58,942 bases of DNA from a virus (Duplodnaviria; Caudoviricetes): positions 1 to 58,942 of IMG/VR virus record IMGVR_UViG_3300032328_000544; one strand, 5' to 3'. The notes under the pieces are model-generated. The model ran no database searches, was not told the DNA's origin, and saw nothing but the letters and a program-made list of their open reading frames with translations. Shown here in pieces: positions 19,018 through 27,970 of the stretch. Each line of letters opens with the position of its first letter. Within the stretch, counting starts at the first letter, position 1. The position numbers and the translations under genes are program-made.

Positions 19018-19287
19018 TTATTCACGCGAGTCCATTTCTTTTTGACCTTCAGTTTTGCATCGAGGGCAGGTGAAGTAGGCAGTGTAAGAGCGCTGACCAA
19101 CGCACGAGGCGTTTACGTCTCCGCTAAATCCGCACATGTGGTTTCCGTCTTCTGGTGCACAGTAGTCGTTGCACTCGACACCTTCTGGGTGAGATGTCAC
19201 TTCAACTTCACAGTATTCGATGTTTGTTTCTTCGTCCCACTCTGAGTCGTCCACCCAGTCAGGTTCGAGTCTTGGTTCTCCGTACAT
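19018..19287 (-). CDS. small Cys-rich acidic protein
   Basis: AAGGA RBS; CPRC. Confidence 0.6.
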   Translation of the reverse strand: MYGEPRLEPDWVDDSEWDEETNIEYCEVEVTSHPEGVECNDYCAPEDGNHMCGFSGDVNASCVGQRSYTAYFTCPRCKTEGQKEMDSRE

Positions 19288-19334
19288 TATCTTTTGTCCT
19301 TTTCATATTTACTGCGGGGGTATGGGGCTAAACC

Positions 19335-19571
19335 CTAGACACTAGGGCAGTAGTCTACTTCGCGTGTGGCAGTCCAGTCACCCAGAATGCCTTCGGCTGG
19401 AACGGTGTGACCCCAAAATTTGTCGAAACGAGATTGAGTAACCGTTTTACCACAAGTGTCACACTTGGCAAACCACAAAGAATTGTCTTTGCGATATCCG
19501 TCTGCTGGGTTGAGGGCGGTGAAGTTTGAGCCAATGCCCTGCTCACGAATTTCTGTGAGTGTTTTTTCCAT
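19335..19571 (-). CDS. small hypothetical protein
   Basis: AAGGA RBS; TTGACT-N17-TAAAGT promoter upstream; CDTC. Confidence 0.65.
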   Translation of the reverse strand: MEKTLTEIREQGIGSNFTALNPADGYRKDNSLWFAKCDTCGKTVTQSRFDKFWGHTVPAEGILGDWTATREVDYCPSV

Positions 19572-19627
19572 TGTATTTTGTCCTTTGTCTTGAATTGGTT
19601 TTACTTTACTACTTTTCTAACGAGAAG

Positions 19628-19882
19628 TCAACTTAAATTTTCTCTTTCGATAAGCGCAATAGCATTTTCTATGACCCAAACAGTTTTAGTGCCTGCCCTG
19701 GTTCCCGTAGATGAGGCGGTGTCGCTCATTTTGTTTAATATTGCGATAATGCGTTCACGCTCTTTACGAATTCCCTTGTCAACGCCATCTTCTTTGGCGC
19801 TCCTAGCGATAGCACCAACCGCCCCCTCCAAAAGTTCACGGCTGTGCGGGGGTATCAGACGCTCATAGTTTCCCTTACTCAC
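19628..19882 (-). CDS. small hypothetical protein (ER.RI family)
   Basis: KERERIIAIL; overlapping start/stop. Confidence 0.6.
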   Translation of the reverse strand: MSKGNYERLIPPHSRELLEGAVGAIARSAKEDGVDKGIRKERERIIAILNKMSDTASSTGTRAGTKTVWVIENAIALIERENLS

Positions 19883-20091
19883 GAGACGTACCCTTCAGTA
19901 AGATACTCAATTAGTTTGCTTAGACCCAATGCGGGGTCGTGGGCGTATTCCTTATGGACGTCGAGGACAGCCTCCAAAATGCGCTTGCCTTCTTGGGTGC
20001 GAACGTAGTCTGAGTACGCATTTATTTCATCGACGTCTGCTTCGGAGAATGCGTTGTTGAGTACGAGCATGTTGTGTTCAAACTTAATCAT
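19879..20091 (-). CDS. small hypothetical protein (paralog of 20088-20315)
   Basis: MIKFEHNM...YVRTQEGKRIL. Confidence 0.65.
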   Translation of the reverse strand: MIKFEHNMLVLNNAFSEADVDEINAYSDYVRTQEGKRILEAVLDVHKEYAHDPALGLSKLIEYLTEGYVS

Positions 20092-20315
20092 TTTTCTTCT
20101 CCCTTGAACTCAATGTCGGAGATAGCAAGTCGGATTCCGTCTGCCCGTAACTGACAGCCGTCGTCTTTGGCGCAGGATTCTAAATCTTTGATTCGTTCGT
20201 TGAGGGTAGTGATGATGCGTCTACGCTCTTGATTGCGAACATACTCTGCGGAGAAACTAATTTCTTCGGAGGCGGTGTTGTCGTCAACTGTCATGTTGTG
20301 TGGAAACTTAATCAT
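20088..20315 (-). CDS. small hypothetical protein (paralog of 19879-20091)
   Basis: MIKFPHNM...YVRNQERRRII. Confidence 0.65.
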   Translation of the reverse strand: MIKFPHNMTVDDNTASEEISFSAEYVRNQERRRIITTLNERIKDLESCAKDDGCQLRADGIRLAISDIEFKGEEK

Positions 20316-20506
20316 TCTTCACTCTCAATCTTTTTTATAAGAGTTTCTGTGCCAATATACGGCTGAAGAAACTCTAACGCTGTCGGGCTACCTTTGACTA
20401 TGGCGAGTATACGATTCCGCTCTTCTTCCGCGCCTTTACACTCAGGGCAGTAGTCTTCCTTTTCGTACCACCAGTCGTGCTTGGGGCAGTTGTTGTCCAT
20501 AGTCAT
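20312..20506 (-). CDS. small Zn-finger-like protein (ER.RI family)
   Basis: CPKH..CPEC, EERNRIL; TAAACT 6 nt before the ATG. Confidence 0.6.
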   Translation of the reverse strand: MTMDNNCPKHDWWYEKEDYCPECKGAEEERNRILAIVKGSPTALEFLQPYIGTETLIKKIESEE

Positions 20507-20893
20507 TTCAAAAGTTTACTGAAAATCTAAAAATTCTTCAATCTCACGCATGAGAATATTCTCTTGAAGTTTGTAAAATCGATTCTCTAAGTCTGTGACG
20601 TCTTTTCTAAGTTGCTCGACATCATTTTCTAATTGGTCCAGTTTGTCGTTAATCCAGTCGAAGTCACTCATTGCCCGACCATCGACCATAAAGATATGTC
20701 AGGAAAATGTACGTGACGGGCAGGGCACCAAAAATCAGCCAAGCAATATAGGAATCGTTTGCTCCAAACAAAAAGAATGCTAGAAGTCCTATAATGCTTA
20801 GTGCCACTAAATTTATGGTGACAAAAAGGAAAATTTTCACTTTTTTTCTTTCTTGCTAGGAATTAAATTAAACACAGCACTGTCCATTTCTAG

Positions 20894-21472
20894 TTACATA
20901 CCCTCTTGCTCAAGTCCAATCGCTAAATCAATGCGGTCAAAGAGTTCGTCTTCGCTACCGTCGTTGGTGAAGATTCTGTCGAAGTCGTAGTTTTCGAGGT
21001 TAGATTCTGACGGGTGTCCATTTGCTGGGTGTCCGTTTGGTCTCTGAATGAGCCAGACTTCTCCACCTTTACGTCGGATTTCTTGCGCTTCGTTCCAGTA
21101 ACGGACGTCGCTGATAACAAGTTTCCGTTCTCCAATGTTTTGGAGAAAAAGGCGGTTTACCCAGAAGTTGTCTCCCCAGAGTTGTCTTCCGACTTCGGTG
21201 CCAAATCTTTGAAGCAAGGGTCTTACGTCTGGACTGACTGTTTTGAGTTCTTCCCAGCCAAATGCGAATACGGCAATTTGTAGGGGCATTCGTGCGTTTT
21301 CGCGTGTTTGCGGATGCTTGACAGTAATGTCTGGGTTGAGTGCGATTAGCGCTTCTCTTATTCCGTCTGCGAAAGCGGCCTTTTTGTAGGAATAACGCAT
21401 TGCAATATATTGGGCAACGGTGTCTTTTCCAGCGCGGGCGTACCCAGCAATACCAATAAGTTCGAGTGTCAC
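20894..21472 (-). CDS. deoxynucleoside monophosphate kinase
   Basis: GYARAGKDT, LQRFGTEVGR, ISDVRY.NEA, HPSE. Confidence 0.9.
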   Translation of the reverse strand: MTLELIGIAGYARAGKDTVAQYIAMRYSYKKAAFADGIREALIALNPDITVKHPQTRENARMPLQIAVFAFGWEELKTVSPDVRPLLQRFGTEVGRQLWGDNFWVNRLFLQNIGERKLVISDVRYWNEAQEIRRKGGEVWLIQRPNGHPANGHPSESNLENYDFDRIFTNDGSEDELFDRIDLAIGLEQEGM

Positions 21473-22062
21473 TACTTTTCTCCTTTGAGGCTCAGTAAAT
21501 AGATTACCTTAGGAACCTGCTCAACATAGTACGCCTCTCCAGACTCCAAAGCGTCTTTGACTCTCTGAGCGAATGGCTTGAGTTTTCCATTATACTTTGT
21601 TCGGATTGTCTTATCGTGGTACTTTTTTCCGTTCCACATAATGACTTTTCCCTTAGAGGTCATTCCGATTTTTTGGAAGTTTGTTGCTTGGTAGATAACT
21701 CCTTGGTGCCCGTAGTTGGGGTCAGCGTAGGAAACCACCTTCTTGACGTCAGTGTTCTTCTTTAGCCAGCGAAGCGTGTATCCAATGAAATAGGACTCAG
21801 CGTTGCGGGGTGTATCGTCAATCAGAACAAGACGGCGCAACTCAATAATGTCTAACTCTTCGTCTGCGTATTTCTTGTAAGCGTTCGCCATAGCAAGTTG
21901 CCCGTAGAGCATTGCGCCGATAAGTTCACCGTCGCGCTCAAGTTTGAAGCAGTACGTCGAGCGAACTCCGTTGATAGAAGCGGAGTAGTGGTGTTGCTCG
22001 ATAAAAGCCCGTATGTCATTCCTGTCACACAGGCTGACAATGTAACTGCCGTCTTTCAGCAT
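21472..22062 (-). CDS. Mom-like GNAT DNA-modifying protein 3
   Basis: HHYS, ELRRL, PRNAESYFI, VSYADP..GHQGVIYQATNF. Confidence 0.82.
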   Translation of the reverse strand: MLKDGSYIVSLCDRNDIRAFIEQHHYSASINGVRSTYCFKLERDGELIGAMLYGQLAMANAYKKYADEELDIIELRRLVLIDDTPRNAESYFIGYTLRWLKKNTDVKKVVSYADPNYGHQGVIYQATNFQKIGMTSKGKVIMWNGKKYHDKTIRTKYNGKLKPFAQRVKDALESGEAYYVEQVPKVIYLLSLKGEK

Positions 22063-22065
22063 TTG

Positions 22066-22473
22066 TCATAAACCAATCTTTCTTAGAACATCTACTACTG
22101 GCACCAGCCTACCGATACTGGCGTTTGTGTGAAGCGTTGCGATTGGCTGGTGAACCACACGATAGTCAGTCTCTCTAAGTAGTTCCTTCAAGGCTTCAGT
22201 TTGTATCATTACAAACCCATTTTTATTTGGTCCAGCAAAGCACCAGTACTCAGCCTGTGTGATATTGATGCCAGACTCTCTTTTATCTAACGCACCGGGT
22301 TGCTTATACTGCCAAGTCTCAATGTAGAAGTTGCCAGTCTCCCAAGCACGATAGTCAGTCTTCACCTCGAACTTCTTTCCAGCCAAATCAGCCAAGAAAG
22401 TATTGAGTAAGTCTTCACCAATCTTTCCACGCTCTAAGTCTGTATCAAAGTGAGGTTGGTAATCATTTGTCAT
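22066..22473 (-). CDS. PD-(D/E)XK nuclease-like protein
   Basis: GKIGE...FEVKTD...TGNFYIE. Confidence 0.55.
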   Translation of the reverse strand: MTNDYQPHFDTDLERGKIGEDLLNTFLADLAGKKFEVKTDYRAWETGNFYIETWQYKQPGALDKRESGINITQAEYWCFAGPNKNGFVMIQTEALKELLRETDYRVVHQPIATLHTNASIGRLVPVVDVLRKIGL

Positions 22474-22484
22474 TTATCGCCCTG

Positions 22485-23078
22485 TCACAGCCACTTGACG
22501 ATAGTCTCGCCAGTGAAGCCTTTCTCCCACACAAACCAAGCGTGGCACATAGTGGTTGCCCAAGGCTTTCCGTTTTCGTCTACTTCACTTCCGTTGTTGA
22601 ATGTCGCCATACGTTTGGTGAAGACATAGATTACTTTTGGCGGGTTGTCTTTGTAGAACTGACGTCGCTTCTCTCCTTCGAGAAACTGTATCTTCATAAA
22701 CATGGCCAACTTCCCACCGTCTCGAAGAACGGACAAACTCTTCTCAGCGAACTCTTTACCAAGCGAGTACGGGGGGTTGGTCACAATGTAGTCCCAAAGC
22801 GTATCGCTCTCATAGTTGAGGAAGTCAGCGACAATCACCCCAAGGTGACCACGGTCTACAATGTCAATGCTATGCATACGAGCGTCTGGAACCAACTCTT
22901 TGATTTTGTTAGAAATGTGCCCCTGACCGACGCAAGGCTCCAAGTAATCACCAACGTCGAAAGGTTCAGCCTCAAACAGCATTTCTACTGCCTTCGGGTT
23001 GGTGGCGTAAAAGTCGTTATCCACGCGTTCTCTCGTAACGCTTTTCCCAGCCAAAGCATACCCAGGTAATGATTTCAT
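22485..23078 (-). CDS. amino-DNA methyltransferase
   Basis: DFYAT, LEPCVGQG (SAM-binding), VTNPPY, AWFVW. Confidence 0.85.
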   Translation of the reverse strand: MKSLPGYALAGKSVTRERVDNDFYATNPKAVEMLFEAEPFDVGDYLEPCVGQGHISNKIKELVPDARMHSIDIVDRGHLGVIVADFLNYESDTLWDYIVTNPPYSLGKEFAEKSLSVLRDGGKLAMFMKIQFLEGEKRRQFYKDNPPKVIYVFTKRMATFNNGSEVDENGKPWATTMCHAWFVWEKGFTGETIVKWL

Positions 23079-23263
23079 ACCAATATTCTAACGTACGGGG
23101 CGGCTATTCCTAAAAGTTATATAATAATGTACTACTTTTGTACACGACCTGCCGTATAACCCTAAACCTAAGTTTATACAAAAGTACCCAGCAAATAGGT
23201 GAAAAAGTCTCGTGCCATACTAGTTATAGGGAGATACAAACTTTTATCAAAGGATTAAGTAAA

Positions 23264-23812
23264 ATGACCTCAAACTCTTCTGCCGAGTACAAAATCGCAA
23301 CAGACATGATTGTCTCACCAGACGAAGACATTATTGTCAAAGTTTCGGGGGCTATGTACAAGGACTCGATTAGCGAGCCGAACCGTTACGCCACAATGAC
23401 TGACGTTGGTGCCTCGGCTCCAATTGCTTACACACCTGTTTGGTCTGGAACTGGTTTAACACAGTCTTCTAACCTTGCTACAGGAACCTACTTTGACTAT
23501 GGTCAAATGGTTGTTGTGCAAATTACTGTTCCAATGACAAACGTTACCCATTTTGGCACTGGTGCTTACTCAGTCACTCTTCCAAAACAGTCAGCACTTC
23601 ATGCAAACGGCTGGGGTGGGACTATTCACGACACAAGTTTAAGTAGGTATTACAGTATCAAGGGGCACCTAGAACCAGACAGTAACATTTGTAGCCTTTG
23701 GTTCATAAATCAGTCCAGCCAAGACCAAACATTTGCTGCAACCACTCCGTTTATTCTTGATACTACCGACCTGTTTCACATCAACTTTATTTATCAGGCT
23801 AAGGCGTCATAA
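23264..23812 (+). CDS. virion/tail-fibre-like beta-rich protein
   Basis: YTPVW..G.Y...G..V..FGTGAYSVTLP; AAGGA RBS. Confidence 0.5.
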   Translation: MTSNSSAEYKIATDMIVSPDEDIIVKVSGAMYKDSISEPNRYATMTDVGASAPIAYTPVWSGTGLTQSSNLATGTYFDYGQMVVVQITVPMTNVTHFGTGAYSVTLPKQSALHANGWGGTIHDTSLSRYYSIKGHLEPDSNICSLWFINQSSQDQTFAATTPFILDTTDLFHINFIYQAKAS

Positions 23813-23872
23813 CCGCTGCCCAGTCGCATAGTAACTTAAATAGCCTCAGACAACCTGTTCTACAATAGATTT

Positions 23873-25396
23873 ATGGCTGGTTTTATCGTACCCGAAGAGC
23901 ATGACCTCGCTACGGCTCTTATTGAGATTGCTGAAAAGCACGGGAAGTTCAACGAGGACTCGACTGGTATTTGGGCTGGATATAAGTCCCCAGAAGATAA
24001 CCAGTACAAGGCTATTGGCGTTAAGTGCGGAAACTGCGTCTTATATAGAGGTGGCACCGAGTGCGCGATTATCGCACTGCCCGTAGAGCCAGAAGGTAAG
24101 TGTCGCTTCGCTGTTATTCCTGACGGAGTAGTTGACACTGGTTACGCTGAGCCCGGAATGGATGAAGACGTTAGCGTAGAGAACTATTTTGTAGAACAAG
24201 AAGAAGATATCCCACCTCACATTAGGGATGTCGTAAAAGAAGTGCGACCTAACGATATTCGTGTCATCGACATTGACAGTCTTGTTCCTACGCAAAAGAC
24301 CGTGAATATGCGTCGTGTTGGTGACGTACAAGAAAAGCCGAAACCCATCAAGGTTTGGGAACGAGACGGAAAACTTTACTTGGTCGACGGACACCACAGA
24401 ACCGTGTCAAATCTCGCTAGGGGCAAAGAAGATATTGTCGCCAAGGTCTACTCTATGGATGTTCCTTTTTCTACGGAAAATGCACTAACTTCTGCTGGTA
24501 AAGGTCCTTGCTGGGACGGCTACAAGCAAGTTGGTATGAAAGAAAAAAACGGCAAGATGGTGCCCAACTGCGTTCCAGACAACGAAGCGTCTGTAACTGC
24601 TACCGCAGGCACAAAGCGTGCGCCCAAGAAAGACCGAATCAAAGGTTCAAAGAAGAACAAAAAAGGTTCGGCGTCTACGGGGGCTGGCGTAACTTTCAGC
24701 GCTTCTGTCACTAAGTCTTTGGAGAAAAAAGTAGAAGACCACAACGCCAAAGCCAAGAACGGACGCAAGGTAACCCTGCGTATGCTTAAGGCTGTTTACC
24801 GTCGTGGCGCTGGAGCGTTCTCGTCCAGCCACCGTCCAGACCAAAACCGTAACTCGTGGTCAATGGCTCGCGTCAATGCGTTCCTCAAGTTGGTCAAGTC
24901 GGGTAAGCCCAACAATTCCAAGTACGTTCAGGACAATGACTTGCTCCCCAAAATGCACCCACGTCATTCGGAAGCGTCAACAATGTCACCGCTTATGGCT
25001 TCGCTTGTCGCCGCCCTCAATGAAGAAGAGTGCCCGCCCGCAACGCAAGACATCGAACTCAACCTCAAGAACCGTCAGAACGCAATTGACAATGTTGGCT
25101 ACGGTCCCCTGAATCCAAAAGAACCCAACGATGAGTTCTGGCAGGAAAAGGCTGACAAATGGAAGACGTCGCCTGAGGAGGCAAAGAAGAGCGTTTGTGG
25201 GAACTGCGTATTCTTTGTTCGTACTCCAGAAATGCTTGAGTGTATCTCTACGGGTATTGAGCAGGGTGGCTCTTCCGTTGACGACGCTGATGCTTCAATT
25301 GACCAAGCAGAACTTGGTTACTGCGAAGCCCTCGACTTCAAATGCGCTGCGTCGCGTACTTGTAATGCGTGGGCTGTCGGTGGTCCTATTACTTAG
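23873..25396 (+). CDS. multi-module protein (Cys clusters, ParB/Srx-like domain, short conserved modules)
   Basis: CGNC..C..C, LVPTQ..LVDGHHR, GPCWDGY..PNCVP, AVYRRGAGA..HRP, CPPATQD..CGNC..C..C..C. Confidence 0.7.
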   Translation: MAGFIVPEEHDLATALIEIAEKHGKFNEDSTGIWAGYKSPEDNQYKAIGVKCGNCVLYRGGTECAIIALPVEPEGKCRFAVIPDGVVDTGYAEPGMDEDVSVENYFVEQEEDIPPHIRDVVKEVRPNDIRVIDIDSLVPTQKTVNMRRVGDVQEKPKPIKVWERDGKLYLVDGHHRTVSNLARGKEDIVAKVYSMDVPFSTENALTSAGKGPCWDGYKQVGMKEKNGKMVPNCVPDNEASVTATAGTKRAPKKDRIKGSKKNKKGSASTGAGVTFSASVTKSLEKKVEDHNAKAKNGRKVTLRMLKAVYRRGAGAFSSSHRPDQNRNSWSMARVNAFLKLVKSGKPNNSKYVQDNDLLPKMHPRHSEASTMSPLMASLVAALNEEECPPATQDIELNLKNRQNAIDNVGYGPLNPKEPNDEFWQEKADKWKTSPEEAKKSVCGNCVFFVRTPEMLECISTGIEQGGSSVDDADASIDQAELGYCEALDFKCAASRTCNAWAVGGPIT

Positions 25397-25655
25397 TCTT
25401 ACTTTTTTCTGTAGACGTTTTGTATGAGTTCTTGAACTAGACCGACAAAAATAAACAGACCGACAGCAACGATTATGGCAATGACGCCATATCCAAATAG
25501 TAATGCCGCAAAATAAATCATTACCCAAGGCATACCGTCCACGATTTCTCCAATCGATTAGTTAGATGGACTTCTTCTACGCTCTTTATAGCACAGGGGG
25601 CAGTAACTCCCCCTGAACCATATGCGGTGCTTCCTACACGGATACCCGTATTTTC

Positions 25656-25979
25656 TCACGCCGCTTCTTCTTTCTTGTCTCTCTGCTTTTGTTTGTACTC
25701 GACAGCCAAGTTTTCGACGGTCTTATTCTTATAGTGTACCGTCTTTACTCTATCGGGTCTAAAACTTCTCCACGTCTCTCCGCCTTTGGTGCCACCCCAA
25801 ACGTCGACCCACTCGGCTTCACCAGTTTTTACGTGTTTGATAAATCGGAAGCGTCCCCGCTCACCAGAAATCTTTAGTTCTGTTCCAGGAGAAACGTTTC
25901 GTCCGTTGATTTGGATTTCAGTAGTGACTACCCAAGCGTCATCTAAACGTGGGGTGTTTATTTTATTCTTTCTCACCAT
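25656..25979 (-). CDS. hypothetical protein
   Basis: GTELKISGERGRFRF..EWVDVWGG; leaderless start at 25979. Confidence 0.7.
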   Translation of the reverse strand: MVRKNKINTPRLDDAWVVTTEIQINGRNVSPGTELKISGERGRFRFIKHVKTGEAEWVDVWGGTKGGETWRSFRPDRVKTVHYKNKTVENLAVEYKQKQRDKKEEAA

Positions 25980-26013
25980 GAAAAGTAAGATAGCATATAT
26001 TTTTGAATAGTAT

Positions 26014-26064
26014 AAAGAACCGCCCCCCACATTTCATTTGAATACGTGAGGGGCGGAGTCTTTT
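26014..26064 (-). terminator. hairpin/terminator after the nrdB micro-ORFs
   Basis: CCGCCCC/GGGGCGG stem flanked by A/T runs. Confidence 0.55.
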
Positions 26065-26070
26065 ATTCTA

Positions 26071-26148
26071 CTACTGGCATGAGTCGCACTGAAGCAGGTC
26101 CATTGGGTCCATTGGCACCGAGTAGCCGTCTACCTTATCGTTATCCAT
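26071..26148 (-). CDS. 25-aa peptide resembling an NrdA C-terminal CxxC redox tail
   Basis: MDNDKVDGYSVPMDPMDLLQCDSCQ, double TAG stop, A-rich leader with GAAAG, inside the nrdB unit. Confidence 0.7.
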   Translation of the reverse strand: MDNDKVDGYSVPMDPMDLLQCDSCQ

Positions 26149-26181
26149 GTTTTGTTTCGCTTTCTTTGTTTGTTTCTAGAC

Positions 26182-26229
26182 TTATTTTTTTCTGCAACAT
26201 TCGCCGTTACAGTCGTCGCAACCGCGCAT
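26182..26229 (-). CDS. 15-aa four-Cys micro-ORF
   Basis: MRGCDDCNGECCRKK; TAATG overlap with the nrdB stop. Confidence 0.4.
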   Translation of the reverse strand: MRGCDDCNGECCRKK

Positions 26230-27206
26230 TAGTTTTTCCCGTTCACTTCATAAGACGTGTTGGTTGACTCAAAGAAGTTGACCAACTGCAAGGTGTCATT
26301 AGCCGTAGCCATCCACTTTGCGGGGTTGCTGACGTTGTAGTGGGGGGCGAAGCCAAGTTCCTCAAGACGACGGTCAGCCATGTACTTCGTGTACGTGCTG
26401 ATGTACTCGTGGTTGAGTCCAAGGATTCCGTTGGGAAGCATAGCCTTGTTGTATTCAACTTCCATGTCCACAGCGTCAAGAATCATTTGCTTGACTTCAG
26501 CGACAAACTCGTCGGTGACAATCTCAGGGTTCTCTTCAAGAATGGTCAGGATGAGGTTGATTCCGAACTTGAGGTGGAGCGACTCGTCGCGAACAATCCA
26601 GTCCACGAGCGAACCGAAGTTACGCAGAAGATTGCGCTGACGGAACGACAGGGCGACCATAAAGCCCGTGTAGAACCAGATACCTTCCATGATTACCGAA
26701 TAAGCAATCAGGTTACGCAGGAAGTCCTGCTTTCCTTCAACCGTAGTAATGTCGAGACGCTCGTCAGACATACGCTTGATGTACTTAACTTCAAATGCTT
26801 CCTTGTTGGCGATTGCTGGGTGCTCGACGTGCTGAGCATAAATGGTGTCGCGGTCAACGGGGAACGTCTCAAGGACGTACTCGAACGACATGCAGTGGTT
26901 CGCTTCTTCCCACATCTGCTTCGCAAGGTAGAGATGCGTCTCCGCTGCGTTCAGGTACGGGTAGACGCCAAACGCCAGTGCCTTGTTGACAATCAGTTCC
27001 GAGGGGTTGAAGAACGACATGAGAAACGTAATTGCGTGCTGCTCTTCGTCCGTCATTTTTTTGAAGTCGGCAATGTCTTCACCCAACTGAATCTCGTTGG
27101 GGAACCAAGTATTGGCTACTGCTTGGTTATAAAGGTCCATCGCCCACTGATATCGGATTGGTTTGAGAAGCAATCCGTCTTGAATTCCCGTTCCTAGAAT
27201 TGGCAT
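26229..27206 (-). CDS. nrdB: ribonucleotide reductase beta subunit, class Ic-like (R2c)
   Basis: E70, E101-x-x-H104, F108 at the radical-Tyr position, MEGIWFY, RDESLH, C-terminal NFFE..Y. Confidence 0.92.
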   Translation of the reverse strand: MPILGTGIQDGLLLKPIRYQWAMDLYNQAVANTWFPNEIQLGEDIADFKKMTDEEQHAITFLMSFFNPSELIVNKALAFGVYPYLNAAETHLYLAKQMWEEANHCMSFEYVLETFPVDRDTIYAQHVEHPAIANKEAFEVKYIKRMSDERLDITTVEGKQDFLRNLIAYSVIMEGIWFYTGFMVALSFRQRNLLRNFGSLVDWIVRDESLHLKFGINLILTILEENPEIVTDEFVAEVKQMILDAVDMEVEYNKAMLPNGILGLNHEYISTYTKYMADRRLEELGFAPHYNVSNPAKWMATANDTLQLVNFFESTNTSYEVNGKN

Positions 27207-27307
27207 AGTTTTAGTAGTCTTTCTCTCTTGATAGTGGCTTGAAAATTGGTTGGATTTCTAGTGTACCCGAAGTTGTAAACCCCAAGTTTGGCGTTACAAT
27301 GGTGGTT

Positions 27308-27928
27308 ATGGATGAAGAAAAAACAACCTCTCTCCCTTGGGAACCTTTGAGCAAGGCAGAGCCAGTAAACCCGCCCCCAGCACCCGAAAAAGGTCTGGCT
27401 AACATCGTTCAGGAAGGTTTTTTTGACGTTTCAAAGAGCGTCACTCCTTCGGAAGAACGCACCGTAGACGAAAAAACTGAATCGAAAATTTCTGGCAACA
27501 GAATTGACCCAGACTCTCGCGGGGTACTTCTTCTCGCAGTGTCTTTGGTAATGATTCTGATGATTTCATCGTTCGTCGTTTCGTTCTTCGGGATTTGGGG
27601 AATTGCCGCTGAAACCACAAATATCCCCCAGCCCATTACGTGGATTCCCGCACTGTTCCTTGACGCGGCAATCCTTGCTTACACAATTAGTTACTTTGTG
27701 TTCCAGTCTCGTGGTGAACCAGTGTGGCGAACAAGATTAGCGTTGTGGACTTTTGCACTTTTGTCTGTCGCTGCTAACATCGCACACACTATCCAAATCT
27801 TTACGCCTGAAACCTCTCTTATAAATATCATAGTTGGAATTGGAATTACGGCATCGGCACCTGTCGCTGTTGTCCTTGCTTCGGAAGAAGTCGCTCGTCT
27901 TGCCTTCAAAAAGCCACGCACTAAATAA
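27308..27928 (+). CDS. DUF2637-like four-TM membrane protein
   Basis: SF..I..A, W.PA.F.D, SVAANIAH, APVAV; leaderless TACAAT-N7-ATG. Confidence 0.65.
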   Translation: MDEEKTTSLPWEPLSKAEPVNPPPAPEKGLANIVQEGFFDVSKSVTPSEERTVDEKTESKISGNRIDPDSRGVLLLAVSLVMILMISSFVVSFFGIWGIAAETTNIPQPITWIPALFLDAAILAYTISYFVFQSRGEPVWRTRLALWTFALLSVAANIAHTIQIFTPETSLINIIVGIGITASAPVAVVLASEEVARLAFKKPRTK

Positions 27929-27935
27929 GTAGAAA

Positions 27936-27970
27936 CAAAAAAGCCCCTCGCTCACGCGGGGGGCTTTTTC
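27936..27970. terminator. bidirectional terminator
   Basis: AAAAAGCCCCTCG..CGGGGGGCTTTTT. Confidence 0.75.

Noticed and set aside
26340-27197. 285-aa plus-strand ORF
   Set aside because: Antisense shadow of nrdB with no motifs.
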